64,000 nucleotides of DNA from Armatimonadota bacterium (GCA_025062195.1 JANXAS010000005.1:15368-79367); one strand, 5' to 3'; shown: positions 9,123 to 19,712, counted from the stretch's first letter. Translations and numbers: made by a program. Notes: generated from the sequence alone by a model not told the origin.

Positions 9123-10319
9123 CTACTCCACAAGGATTATTCCCCCTCTTATCGCTATAGGGCTTGGGCATAGTGCCTCAAAGATTAAATTACGCCCATC
9201 AATCCGTATCCCTCTTCTCGCCACCACCGTTATCTTTGAGGTGGAATTTGAACCGGTAAAGCGAAAGTCACCATCCGAGATGTAGATAAGACCGTCAAAT
9301 GATGAATTGGTAGCATGTATGTCCACACTGTCTGTGGCATACATTAGAGTTATGCCGTCGCTTGCCCTCAAGTCCCAAGAATTGCCGGTGATGCGTATGT
9401 TTCCACCCCTGCCATCCATCCTTACGGCAATTAGTGTCACATTAGCGCTAACTCCATCCCCAACGCCAGTTATGTCACCACCCTCAACATACACAACTCC
9501 AGATGGTGGTTTGCTTCTGTCAATGCGATAGTCCCTTCCGATGATAAGTTGTCCACTCTCCGCAGCCATCTTGCGATAGCTCTCAAGCGATATAGTGGAT
9601 GTAGGGAACTCAGGACAAGGTTGCAATGGCACTCTTACAATGTTAAACGAGTGTCCAGTGCCAGTGATCACAACTCTCCCAGCAACTGTCACAGGACTTG
9701 AGCCACGATGGTTATGTCCGTGCACGATGAAATCTTGGTTGGTATGCATCCTGCCGTTTATGCTCACCCTCTCACCCACATTTGAACCTGTGATGGTGAT
9801 TGAGTTATCCGGGTCGCAGTTGTAGAAGACATAACATGCACCTGCTCCCTCATTCACACCTGTTGCGCATGCGCTCGCCCTCATGCTCGGGATACCAACG
9901 AGTTCCCCAAAGTAAAGTCCGACATCGCGTTCGCTACAAACTCGCATTGCATATTCCGGCGAAATGCCAAGCGAACGAATGACATCACTATCATATGGCG
10001 TCGTAATGTAAACTTTGTCGGTGCCAATTTGGTAAATGCTTGTGTTGCCATCGGTGCCGATGAGTTTGTAGTCGTCTTCCTTCAAGTCCAGATTGCGCGC
10101 ATAGTAGCTTGCCGCAACGCTTTTTGCTACGCCAGCATTTGGAAGATCTGCAGCGCCAGCCAATGCTGCAGCATCACACCATTGTTGCATTTCCGTCCTT
10201 GCCCTTGTCAACCTCCCCCATTCCATTGCGAGCGCAAGCATAAGCATCAACACGATGAATGTCGCTACGAGAACTACTATTGTCTGACCGCTGCAACAGC
10301 GCTTTAGTATGGTCTGCAT
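9123..10319 (-). CDS. TadG-like (Tad domain) pilus-associated protein, paralog 2
   Basis: GQTIVVLV TM helix, EMQQWCDAAALAGAADLP, Gly/Asn/Thr-rich beta-repeat C-terminus; start moved to ATG behind GAGGGTGG. Confidence 0.75.
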   Translation of the reverse strand: MQTILKRCCSGQTIVVLVATFIVLMLMLALAMEWGRLTRARTEMQQWCDAAALAGAADLPNAGVAKSVAASYYARNLDLKEDDYKLIGTDGNTSIYQIGTDKVYITTPYDSDVIRSLGISPEYAMRVCSERDVGLYFGELVGIPSMRASACATGVNEGAGACYVFYNCDPDNSITITGSNVGERVSINGRMHTNQDFIVHGHNHRGSSPVTVAGRVVITGTGHSFNIVRVPLQPCPEFPTSTISLESYRKMAAESGQLIIGRDYRIDRSKPPSGVVYVEGGDITGVGDGVSANVTLIAVRMDGRGGNIRITGNSWDLRASDGITLMYATDSVDIHATNSSFDGLIYISDGDFRFTGSNSTSKITVVARRGIRIDGRNLIFEALCPSPIAIRGGIILVE

Positions 10320-10380
10320 TTTTACCACCCTCGTTTTAGCAGCAAAATGCCGCTTCTCATCCGGGCACATTTTATGTGCC

Positions 10381-11547
10381 CTATTCAATCAATCTTGATT
10401 GCCTCTCACCAAATATGTCGGCGCCGGGAGTAAAGTTCATACCGCTACCATCAACGCGGATGCCGTTGCCGATGACACTCGTGCTTGCGACCCCTGAGCC
10501 AGTTATTCGCGCATAGGCATCAGGGGCGTAGATGACGCCGTTGAAATTTATGTTGCTCCCGTGCACCTCAACTTCATCAGTGGCGAACATTAGAAGCACA
10601 CCATCGCTTGCGTTTAGCTGCCACGAGTTGCCAACGATGCGTATAGAGCCACCTCTGCCATATTTGCGCACAGCTATAAGCGTAACATTGGCATTGAAGC
10701 CATGTCCATGGCTGATTATGTCGCCACCCTCAACAAAGACAACACCACTTGGGGGATTGCTTGATGAAAGCCTGTAATCCCTGCCAATGATCAACTGACC
10801 CAGCTTCTCAGCCTGTTGCCTGTAGTGTTGAAGCGGTGTTGGCAGCGGTGGCGACTGGCGGTGTGACGAGCGCTGAACATTGAATGAATGGCTGCTACCG
10901 GTTATTTGCGCAAGCCCAACTACACTTGCAATGCCACTGGCACTGTGCCTGCTTCCCCTGACTACCAGGTCGCAGTTCGTGTGCAAGCTGCCCTCAATGT
11001 AGACATTGCTTCCGGTAATGGTTAGTGGTTCATCCTGCGAATTGTTGAAAAGCACCCACCTAAATGGTGACTGCTCGTATATAGCGACCGACTTAGCAGA
11101 TATTGTCACCGCATCAACATTGAGCATCTTTCCGAGCAGCATCGGAACTTGCCTTTCAGATGAGACCGAGATTGCACGATCTGAAGTGACACCACTGCGC
11201 CGCACTTCTTCATCCTCGTATGGTGTAGTGATTGAGACCTTATCCGAACCAACCCTGTAATTAACTGTCCCATCGTCCTCTCCAATCAGGACGCACTGCC
11301 ATGGTTCAAGACCGAGGTTTCGTGCGTAGTATTCAACTGCAACCTGCCTTGCTGAGTTCACGTTCGGCAGCTCGGCTGCTCCGGCAAGCGCTGCTGCATC
11401 ACACCACTGCTGCATTTCCGCTCTTGCGCGCGTTATGCGCCCCCATTCCAATGTGCAGGCAAGCATAAACATTAGGGCGAGCATAATCAATGCTATGACG
11501 AACATTGTTATGCCTTTCTCTTTAGCATGCAGCATAGGATAAACCAT
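10381..11547 (-). CDS. TadG-like (Tad domain) pilus-associated protein, paralog 1
   Basis: KGITMFVIAL TM helix, EMQQWCDAAALAGAAELP; clear paralog of the adjacent gene. Confidence 0.75.
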   Translation of the reverse strand: MVYPMLHAKEKGITMFVIALIMLALMFMLACTLEWGRITRARAEMQQWCDAAALAGAAELPNVNSARQVAVEYYARNLGLEPWQCVLIGEDDGTVNYRVGSDKVSITTPYEDEEVRRSGVTSDRAISVSSERQVPMLLGKMLNVDAVTISAKSVAIYEQSPFRWVLFNNSQDEPLTITGSNVYIEGSLHTNCDLVVRGSRHSASGIASVVGLAQITGSSHSFNVQRSSHRQSPPLPTPLQHYRQQAEKLGQLIIGRDYRLSSSNPPSGVVFVEGGDIISHGHGFNANVTLIAVRKYGRGGSIRIVGNSWQLNASDGVLLMFATDEVEVHGSNINFNGVIYAPDAYARITGSGVASTSVIGNGIRVDGSGMNFTPGADIFGERQSRLIE

Positions 11548-12016
11548 TCCTACCTCTCCCCATCACTTTAAAAATACAGTTGAGTGAACTCACCACGCCG
11601 ATAAAAATTGAGAGCAGACGCTATTTGCCTTTTACCATCAATGCGCCTTTGACATAGGAAGTTGCATCGCTTGAGCAATGCGATTTAGTTGGCACTCATA
11701 ACTGAAGACTCAACAGCGCTAACGCTTCGGCAGTGCGGAAATCGCAAAAGCAGCCCAAAGTATGGGCAAACGCCCACCTGCCATCCTTTCGGGCGCGTTT
11801 TATCCGCTGCTGCCAATTAAAACTTGCTCATACAAATCTTGATGGTATCCCGGCTCGCTTCATTCTTTACCACGAATTCTTCAGCGGTGACAGTGAGGCA
11901 TGATAAAGTCTAACTTTGTCATCGCTTACAGCCATGCTCACGCTGCAAAAATATCGGTGTGGTTAAATCAACCATGTGCCAGACTGTGTGACATAATCTG
12001 CCTCGGTGATGCCATC

Positions 12017-13252
12017 GTGAAATGGCAAAGTTATGCTTTGCCGTTCCTTCCTTTAACGCACCGCAACTATCGCCTTTTCTTTTTGGGGCAGTCCTTATCG
12101 CTAATAGGCACATGGATGCAAACGGTTGCACAGCAATGGCTTATTTACAGGCTCACTGGCTCTGCTGCGATGCTCGGCATAGTAGGCTTTCTGGGTCAGC
12201 TGCCAGTGTTGCTGCTTGCGCCATTCGGCGGAATACTCGCCGACCAATTTCAAAAGCGCTCATTGCTCCTCATCACACAGCTGTTGTTCACGGCACACGC
12301 ACTCACATTCGCATTGTTAACCCTCACGAAGTTGATCAGGGTTTGGCACATACCAATGTTGGCACTCATCTTTGGATTGATAAGTGCTGTTGACATCCCC
12401 ACAAGGCATTCCTTTATCTCGGAACTTGTCCCGAAAGGTCTGCTCATCAACGCGATAGCGCTTAACTCGGCAATGTTTAACATGGCGCGCGTTGCAGGTC
12501 CAGCTGCAGCAGGTATTGTAGTTGCAGGGCTTGGCGAAGGTTGGTGCTTTCTCATTAATGGCGCAAGTTACTTCGCCATCATTTTGGGGTTGCTTATGAT
12601 GGACTTGCCGGGGTCAAAAGCCCAAAACACCCGTTTGTCACCGCTCTCACACCTCGTTGAAGGGGTTAAATTTGTTGTCGGCACGGCGCCGATTCGCAGG
12701 ATATTGGCACTGCTCGGTTTGGTTAGTTTGACAGGGATGTCTTATGTTGTGCTCATGCCTGTCTTTGCTGACCGAATATTGCATGTTGGTCCGAAAGGCT
12801 TAGGTATACTTATGGCTGCATCTGGCACCGGAGCGCTTGTAGGTGCACTGTTGCTCGCAATGCATAAAGGGGTTGTCGGTTTAGACAAACGCATAGCGTT
12901 TGGTGCTGTTGGCTTCGGGACAAGTTTGATCTTATTCTCGCACTCGCGCTCATTTGCGCTATCTACAATGCTTCTAATATCGGCTGGCTTTTGCATGATT
13001 ACGCAAATGGCTTCCTCAAATACGCTTGTTCAAACGCTTTCCCCCGAGCAAATGCGCGGGCGCGTCATGGCAGCTTACGCAATGATGCTCATGGGAATGG
13101 CTCCGCTTGGCTCGCTGCTTGCTGGAACAATGGCGCACTTCATTGGTGCACAAAAGGCAGTGGTAATAAACGGTTTTATATGCGTTGTTGGTGGGCTTGT
13201 CTTTGCAAGGTGCTTAATTTATTCAATGTCGCCCAAATATAAAGCATCCTAA
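12017..13252 (+). CDS. MFS transporter (MFS_3/DHA3-like)
   Basis: RNYRLFFLGQSLSLIGTWMQ, GGILADQF, NAIALNSAMFNMARVAGPA, MRGRVMA; about 12 TM segments; likely GTG start at 12017. Confidence 0.9.
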   Translation: MKWQSYALPFLPLTHRNYRLFFLGQSLSLIGTWMQTVAQQWLIYRLTGSAAMLGIVGFLGQLPVLLLAPFGGILADQFQKRSLLLITQLLFTAHALTFALLTLTKLIRVWHIPMLALIFGLISAVDIPTRHSFISELVPKGLLINAIALNSAMFNMARVAGPAAAGIVVAGLGEGWCFLINGASYFAIILGLLMMDLPGSKAQNTRLSPLSHLVEGVKFVVGTAPIRRILALLGLVSLTGMSYVVLMPVFADRILHVGPKGLGILMAASGTGALVGALLLAMHKGVVGLDKRIAFGAVGFGTSLILFSHSRSFALSTMLLISAGFCMITQMASSNTLVQTLSPEQMRGRVMAAYAMMLMGMAPLGSLLAGTMAHFIGAQKAVVINGFICVVGGLVFARCLIYSMSPKYKAS

Positions 13253-13569
13253 CAACTCGTCAACCTTTGATGGGAGCTATTCAGTTTGCGTTGTTTTGCA
13301 GGTGCAGGCGATAGCTCGCCAGAAGACCAACACAAAAACGAACGATGCGAGGGGTAAATTGCGTATCCACATATAGCAGTGGCTTTAGCACCGGACAAAA
13401 CTTTTTATTGCCTTGAAAGCTTATTGGCTTAAGCCAAGCCCGCCTAATTTGTCGTTGCGGTGTCAGGGCATTCAAAGCAATGATGTTGGCAGCTTAACAG
13501 CATCTCTGCATCCAGATGTGTAATCCCTGCTTGGGAATTACACGGCTGAGCAATGCAACGGTGTTTGAA

Positions 13570-13909
13570 CAAATCTGTCTTCACTGCAAATGTTGTTGGT
13601 GGATAACTTTTCCAGAACATGCTATAGGCATTGGCTCACAGTAGGTGGCGATCCCCGCAAGCATTGTCTTTTGATGGATAACATCTCTCGGCAGGCAAAG
13701 CTATGCTCTACGAGGTCCTTTGATTCTTTTTGGCTCGGCGGGAGACTTACCCTCACAATTTTAGTGAGGCACTTGTCCTCATAATTTAGTTGGGGACTTT
13801 GCCCCGCCAAATTTGCCGAATGAGTTTGGTGCTCGCTTGCTTCATCATCAATGGTTGGATGAAGCCAGCAGCATGAAAAGATGAGACCAACGACCTTTAA
13901 GCGAAGAGC
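13570..13909 (+). repeat. Composite dispersed repeat, family R (copy B)
   Basis: Three modules collinear with 57308-57660: AATGTTGTTGGTGGA..CATGCTAT, TTTTGGCTCGGC, and the core ending TTTAAGCGAAGAGC. Confidence 0.7.
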
Positions 13910-14055
13910 AAACATAATTTTTCGCGGTTGAAGCTGCTCTCGCTCACTTTGAGGACAGTTAGTTGACTACGGCTTTCCAGCAAGCTAAAAATGACGGTGA
14001 GTAAAAATTGCCGTGCTCGGAGCATAAATGCATTCCATGAAGGTGGTGAGCGGAG

Positions 14056-15366
14056 ATGGCTAAAGTTGCTGTTCATAAAGTGCCGAAGGGAAAGCTCGCA
14101 ATTGATGGCGGTCCAAAAGCCGTGACTGTAGAGATACCAAGAAGTTACTTTGGGCTGTCGGAAATAAGCGATGAAGAGAAGCGCAATGTGCTTGATGTCC
14201 TTGATAGGCAGATGCTGTTTCGCTGGCAGGATGCGAAGCGTTCTTATGTGGCTCGCTTTGAGCGCGAGTTTGCGAGCCTGCTCGGTGTGAAATATGCCGT
14301 TGCTGTGAGCAGTGGAACTGCGTCACTGATAACCGGCTTAAGGGCGCTCGGAATTGGCCCAGGGGATGAGGTCATTGTCCCAGCATACACATTTATAGCG
14401 AGCGCCTCAGCGGTCATCTTAGTTGGGGCAGTCCCAGTCATAGCTGAGATTGATGACACGCTCACAATGGACCCGAAAGATGTGGAGCGGAAGATAACAC
14501 CAAATACAAAGGCAATAATGCCGGTGCATATGAGAGGCATACCATGCCAGATGGATGAGATCATGCGAATAGCTCGCAAGCACAAGCTGTTCATCATTGA
14601 AGATTGCGCTCAATGCAATGGCGGCAGCTACAAGGGTAAAAGGGTTGGCAGCATAGGCGATGTTGGCTGCTTCAGTTTTCAAGTTTCAAAGACGATAACA
14701 ACTGGTGAGGGTGGGATGGTAGTCACAAATGACCCAATGATTTACATACGGGCAGCACTCGCTCACGACTCGGGCATCACATTCTGGTGGAAGCTTTCGC
14801 AAGAGGTGCCGCAGGAGCTAAAGCGTGTAACGCCGTTTGCTGGCGACGGTTACAGGATGAGCGAACTTGCGGGTGCAGTTGGGCTTGCGCAGCTGAAGAA
14901 GCTCGATAAGATTGTCGCTACATTGCGCAAGCGTAAGCGTGAAATACTTGAAGACATAGCTGGTGCGCCCGGGATAAAGCCGATGCGCGTCCCCGACCCG
15001 GACGGTGAATGTGCATACTCGGTTAACTTCCTATTTGAAACGGTTGAGCAAGCACAGGCTTTCTCAAAGGCGCTCGCAGCTGAAGGTGTCCCAGTTCACA
15101 CAATACACACCGAGGGCTTCCCTGATAGACATATTTACCGCTACTGGGAGTATGTGCTCGGCAAAGTGCCTGTAACCAAGAACTTTGACCCATGGCGAGA
15201 CCCACGATATGGTGGCAATGTGAGCTACTCCCCGGATATGTGCCCGCAGACAATGAGCATACTAACTCGCACAGTCGCTATACCTCTGAGCCAGAAGATG
15301 AAGCGAATACACACACAGCAAATTTCAAGGGCGATATTGAAGGTGGCATATGCATTGTTTTCATGA
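14056..15366 (+). CDS. DegT/DnrJ/EryC1/StrS family PLP-dependent aminotransferase
   Basis: SSGTASL, GDEVIVPAYTFIAS, IEDCAQ, FSFQVSKTITTGEGG (PLP lysine). Confidence 0.93.
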   Translation: MAKVAVHKVPKGKLAIDGGPKAVTVEIPRSYFGLSEISDEEKRNVLDVLDRQMLFRWQDAKRSYVARFEREFASLLGVKYAVAVSSGTASLITGLRALGIGPGDEVIVPAYTFIASASAVILVGAVPVIAEIDDTLTMDPKDVERKITPNTKAIMPVHMRGIPCQMDEIMRIARKHKLFIIEDCAQCNGGSYKGKRVGSIGDVGCFSFQVSKTITTGEGGMVVTNDPMIYIRAALAHDSGITFWWKLSQEVPQELKRVTPFAGDGYRMSELAGAVGLAQLKKLDKIVATLRKRKREILEDIAGAPGIKPMRVPDPDGECAYSVNFLFETVEQAQAFSKALAAEGVPVHTIHTEGFPDRHIYRYWEYVLGKVPVTKNFDPWRDPRYGGNVSYSPDMCPQTMSILTRTVAIPLSQKMKRIHTQQISRAILKVAYALFS

Positions 15367-15614
15367 GACAAGACGAGTGTGAGCACATTGACGATCAAGA
15401 GAAAATGCAGGCATCAGAACCTCGTGGCGATGAGGAGGCTATCTGTTTTTGAATGCGGCGCCGCAGGTTATCCATGACGGTCGTTAAATTTTGCCGCCAA
15501 CAAATGGCGGCATTGCACGGTGAGAGTTTCTGTCGCTTCGTGTGAAATTGAAGCAAGTTTTATGGCGCAATTAGTTTATAATTTTTGCGAGGCTCACTTC
15601 TTTGCTTTCGCTTT

Positions 15615-15962
15615 TCATTTGCTGTATTCAGCCCACTTGTCTTCTCCCTCCCAAACTCTCACTGTGAGGCGGTATCTTGGCAAGGCGGCGTTCAACTTTG
15701 AGTGGAGAATGCGAGCCAAGTTCTCGGTGGTCGGAAGACGCTCCATTACCTCGTTAAGAAGTTTATGGTCATACTCGGATAATGCCTCTCGGAGTTTCAC
15801 TCTCAACTCGCCAAAGTCAATTACCATGTCAGCTTCCTCGTCCGTCTCAATCATCACCTCCACTTTGTATGTGTGCCCGTGCAATTGACTGCATTTTGGA
15901 TGACCCGGCAAATAATGTGCTGCCTCAAAGCTATCAGTGACGCAAAGCTTGAGCATATTCAA
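15615..15962 (-). CDS. queD: 6-carboxytetrahydropterin synthase (PTPS-I)
   Basis: FEAAHYLP, C-x3-HGH (KCSQLHGH), PTTENLA, VWEG. Confidence 0.92.
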   Translation of the reverse strand: MNMLKLCVTDSFEAAHYLPGHPKCSQLHGHTYKVEVMIETDEEADMVIDFGELRVKLREALSEYDHKLLNEVMERLPTTENLARILHSKLNAALPRYRLTVRVWEGEDKWAEYSK

Positions 15963-16744
15963 AGTTCACCTTCCCACTCGGCGAAGCAATCATACGGATG
16001 AATGGATTCAAACGAGACGCACCTGACTCTCGCCTTGTGCCCTTTGTATCTTTCCTTCAACATCTTGACACAGTCCCTCACCACATCCTCAACGAACTTT
16101 GCATTTGAGTGCATTTCCTCAACGACCCTCTTCTCATCCGGGCGCTTTAAAAGAAGCCTAACTGGCATTGAGAATGCTCTCTCTGCAAGCAGCGCCAAGT
16201 CTTCGTGTTTGATCTCGTGGCTGTCTGCTTCAACCTCTATTTCCAACACACCGCGCTGGTTGTGGCTCATACCACCAGTTAGGGCAATTGAGCACGGGCA
16301 GGCTAAAGTTCCCATGACCTTTACTCCGACAGTGCCCTTTAGCGATGAAGTGGAGTATGATGCCATTGCTGTATAAACATTGCTGTCAATGTGGGCATCC
16401 ATCTGAATGAAGACCGTGCAATGGTTAGCATAGTCATGCGCTTTAAGCAGTTGCTCGCAAAGCCCCTCAGCCAATTCGGATAGTGAGCCAACTTTTGAAG
16501 GTATGTGAAATGCCCTTGCGATCTCCTCGGCAAACCTGCTCATGTGTGCGCCGCGCTGCCCTTTAGGCAAATCAATGGATGCAGTTACGCTCACAATCGT
16601 CTCCACAAAATTGCCATGACGATGGAATGCGACCGGGTAACGAAAATTAGTTATGCCAACTCGTGTCAACGGCAAAGGCGTCCTTGGCGGCTCAGTCTGC
16701 ACATCTGGCAGTTCCATCACCTTGTGCTTTTTCTTCGGTGGCAT
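15959..16744 (-). CDS. folE2: GTP cyclohydrolase, FolE2/MptA family
   Basis: LPDVQ, GAHMSRF, CPCS, SHNQRG, LLKRPDEK, KFVEDVVR, ESIH. Confidence 0.88.
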   Translation of the reverse strand: MPPKKKHKVMELPDVQTEPPRTPLPLTRVGITNFRYPVAFHRHGNFVETIVSVTASIDLPKGQRGAHMSRFAEEIARAFHIPSKVGSLSELAEGLCEQLLKAHDYANHCTVFIQMDAHIDSNVYTAMASYSTSSLKGTVGVKVMGTLACPCSIALTGGMSHNQRGVLEIEVEADSHEIKHEDLALLAERAFSMPVRLLLKRPDEKRVVEEMHSNAKFVEDVVRDCVKMLKERYKGHKARVRCVSFESIHPYDCFAEWEGEL

Positions 16745-16835
16745 GCTTGCAACCCCTCCAATGCTATATGTGAGGTATCACCATTGAATGTCATCAGCCG
16801 AACCGACATTATAGTGAAAGAGTTTGCAGCTGCTC

Positions 16836-17969
16836 TCACCTGCGCAACACATTCGGCATGGACACTCTAACATTCAGCCGTTCCGCCATGCGAAGGTATC
16901 TCCTGTGTGAGTGGGAGAAGAAGCGCTTGTATGCCTCGCAAAAGTAATTGACGCATTCAATGCTGCCCATAAACATGCGATACTTTGGGCAACCACCGTT
17001 GCACAAGTTTAGCCATCTGCAATTCAGGCACTCATTTGAGAGCGTTCGCTTTCTCTCCTTAAAGCGCATGGCAATATCGCTTTGCAATAGCTCTTCAAGT
17101 GTCCTCTCAAGCAGGTTGCCATACTTCCACTGCGGCTCCACGAAAAAGTCACATGCGTATACATCGCCGTTGTATTCAACCACAACATAGTCACCGCACC
17201 GCCTCTTCATAATGCAAGTTGGCATACCATATCCGGCATAGACGGCGAGCATATCGTTGAAGAAGCGCTCGTAAAATTGTGGCACGCCATCGCCGCACCA
17301 GATGTCAAATGCCTTGCACAAGAATTCGCCGTATGCTTCTGGTGTCACAGAGAACGGCGCTATGCCCTCTCCGCATTCATCCCACTCAACACACGGTATG
17401 AATTGCAGGTAGCGAAGGTTATGCGACAGGAAAAACTCAATGAGCCTTTCCGGGTGGTTCACCGTGACATCGTTTAGCACACACAGTATGTTGAACTCAA
17501 CTTCGTGTTCACGGAGGCATTCAATAGCACGCATGACCTTTTCAAATGAGCCCCTTTGAGCACCATCCTTGCGGTAGTGGTCGTGCAGCTCTTTCGGTCC
17601 GTCCAAGCTCACGCCGACGAGGAAATCGTGCCGCTTGAAGAAGCGAGCCCACTCAGAGTTTATGAGCAAGCCGTTTGTCTGAATTGTGTTGCTCACCGCT
17701 TGACCACTCTTCATATGCTTCTGCTGCAGGCGCATAGCGCGCTCAAAAAATTCAAGCCCCATCAAAGTTGGCTCGCCGCCCTGCCAGCAGAATGAAGCCA
17801 CATCACTGGCAATGCCAAGGTATTGAACCGTCAGCGCCTCAAGCACCTCATGGCTCATGCGATGCAACTTGCTTCCAGGAAACAGCGATACCTTCGGCAG
17901 ATAAAAACAATATGCGCATCGCATGTTACAGTCTGGTCCGGCTGGTTTTATGAGCAGCGAGTTTAGCAT
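16836..17969 (-). CDS. Anaerobic sulfatase maturase family radical SAM/SPASM protein
   Basis: KPAGPDCNMRCAYCFY, WQGGEPTL, GVSLDGP, SPASM cysteines (YACD...CLNCRWLNLCNGGCPK...C). Confidence 0.9.
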   Translation of the reverse strand: MLNSLLIKPAGPDCNMRCAYCFYLPKVSLFPGSKLHRMSHEVLEALTVQYLGIASDVASFCWQGGEPTLMGLEFFERAMRLQQKHMKSGQAVSNTIQTNGLLINSEWARFFKRHDFLVGVSLDGPKELHDHYRKDGAQRGSFEKVMRAIECLREHEVEFNILCVLNDVTVNHPERLIEFFLSHNLRYLQFIPCVEWDECGEGIAPFSVTPEAYGEFLCKAFDIWCGDGVPQFYERFFNDMLAVYAGYGMPTCIMKRRCGDYVVVEYNGDVYACDFFVEPQWKYGNLLERTLEELLQSDIAMRFKERKRTLSNECLNCRWLNLCNGGCPKYRMFMGSIECVNYFCEAYKRFFSHSHRRYLRMAERLNVRVSMPNVLRR

Positions 17970-17998
17970 GCTCTATCACCCGTTGCAGCGATCATGAA

Positions 17999-19447
17999 TC
18001 ATGTGTTGCCCCTGCTCCTCATGGCTTTTCTTAGGGGTTTGGGTATGTGCAGTGGTCTTCCCACGGCAGCCATTGCTGCTTCGCCGAGCGCCTCAGACAG
18101 CGTCGGGTGAGGACGGATTAGCTTGATGTAATCGTCAAACTTCATGCCGAGTTGTATTGCAAAAGCAGCTCCGCTTATGAGTTCGCTTGCACCAGCTGAA
18201 ATTATGTGCACGCCAGACAAAGTCCCGGTGCGCCCGTCACCAACCACTTTAACGAAACCTTCCGGCTCATCGCAGGTTAAAGCCCTCCCATTGGCTCTCA
18301 TTGGGAATTCGCCGACAAGAATGGAGTCAGTTTGCTTACGCATTTGCTCCTCCGTTAACCCTACGGATGCCACTTCAGGATGGGTGTAAATGCATACAGG
18401 TATAAGCAGTTTGCCAGCATCAACTTTAGCGCCGCATAATGCCTCTACAGCGAGTTCACCCTCAGCCATTGCTTGATGTGCTAATCCGCCGCCTCTAATC
18501 ACATCACCGATAGCATAAATATGAGGCGTGCTTGTCCGCAAGCTGCAGTCAACCATTACTCTGCCATCATCGCAAAGTTGCACACCGGCAGCATGCGCAT
18601 TTAGCGACTCAGTGTCTGAAACACGCCCAATAGCCACAATGACTTTTTCAAAATGCTCGCATTGCAAATCTGACGGCTCCGAAGCTAACTTTTGCCAGTG
18701 CAGCTTTACACCGCCATCATCGGTCTCTTCGGCAGACTTGACGCATGTTGCGGTCATGACATTGACCCCCATCTTTTGAAGTTGCGTTTCAATGCCTCGC
18801 GAAATAGATGAGTCCATTGATGGGAGCACCCTCGGCATAAGCTCAATCAAAGTCACATTGCACCCAAGCGAACTATAAATCCAAGCCAACTCAACCCCTA
18901 TTGCGCCGCCGCCGATCACAGCGAGCTTATTCGGCAGCGCATGCATGAACAGCGCACCCTCACCAAGGAGGCAACTCTTGCTGCCTTCAAGACACGACAG
19001 GTTGCGCGGCTTTGAGCCGGTTGCGATAATGGCGTGTTTAAATTTGACCTTGAATTCGTTCCCATTGATGACAACGCTAAGTTCGCCTGTGCTTGCAAAG
19101 CTTGCTCTCCCAAAGATAACTTCAACGCCGTTTGAGCGCATCAGCCCCTCTAAGCCGCGCCTCAAAGCGCTTACTATACCATCACGCCAGTTGAGCATTT
19201 GCTCGTAGTTGAAGCTCACATCCTTAACAGTTATGCCGAGCTTATCAAGCGTTCTTATCCTTGAGAGCATATAAGCTGCATGTAGCATCGCCTTCGTCGG
19301 TATGCAACCCTTGTTCAAGCAAGTGCCACCCAGTTTCCATCTCTCAATCAGGGCTGTGCGCATGCCGGATTGAGCAGCTCTTATCGCCGCAACATAGCCA
19401 CCTGGTCCGCCACCAATTACGACGACATCAAAAGTATCAACGCTCAT
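17999..19447 (-). CDS. lpdA: Dihydrolipoamide dehydrogenase
   Basis: GGGPGGYVAA, GGTCLNKGCIPTK, GGGAIGVE, HPTLSE. Confidence 0.93.
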   Translation of the reverse strand: MSVDTFDVVVIGGGPGGYVAAIRAAQSGMRTALIERWKLGGTCLNKGCIPTKAMLHAAYMLSRIRTLDKLGITVKDVSFNYEQMLNWRDGIVSALRRGLEGLMRSNGVEVIFGRASFASTGELSVVINGNEFKVKFKHAIIATGSKPRNLSCLEGSKSCLLGEGALFMHALPNKLAVIGGGAIGVELAWIYSSLGCNVTLIELMPRVLPSMDSSISRGIETQLQKMGVNVMTATCVKSAEETDDGGVKLHWQKLASEPSDLQCEHFEKVIVAIGRVSDTESLNAHAAGVQLCDDGRVMVDCSLRTSTPHIYAIGDVIRGGGLAHQAMAEGELAVEALCGAKVDAGKLLIPVCIYTHPEVASVGLTEEQMRKQTDSILVGEFPMRANGRALTCDEPEGFVKVVGDGRTGTLSGVHIISAGASELISGAAFAIQLGMKFDDYIKLIRPHPTLSEALGEAAMAAVGRPLHIPKPLRKAMRSRGNT

Positions 19448-19712
19448 TTTCCCTCACCCCATTTTGCGCGCTTTTCCAAACGAGTTAACCGAAGCTCGCA
19501 ATGGCTCACTCAGAAAAGTTTGCTGCATAACGAGTTTAAAGCTACCAATGTGGCAATTGACTTTGTCCCGGTTAGCTGCCACAAAAACGCGCAGGAATAG
19601 CCTTGCTGCGGGGCTTGCCTTCATCTGGTTGTGTTTACAACCAGTTAGCGTCAAAATTGATGAAGTGAGATGTTGAATAAAGCGACCGGCAAAAAATTGC
19701 GCGAGGTGAGTT

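Noticed and set aside
11560-11900. c-di-GMP riboswitch upstream of the tadG-like genes
   Set aside because: A GAAA-capped hairpin is present but the GEMM consensus could not be matched
15615-16744. 7-deazaguanine DNA-modification (dpd) island or PTPS-III folate bypass
   Set aside because: No dpdA, queC or queE nearby; the motif is C-x3-HGH (PTPS-I/QueD), not the Glu-type PTPS-III
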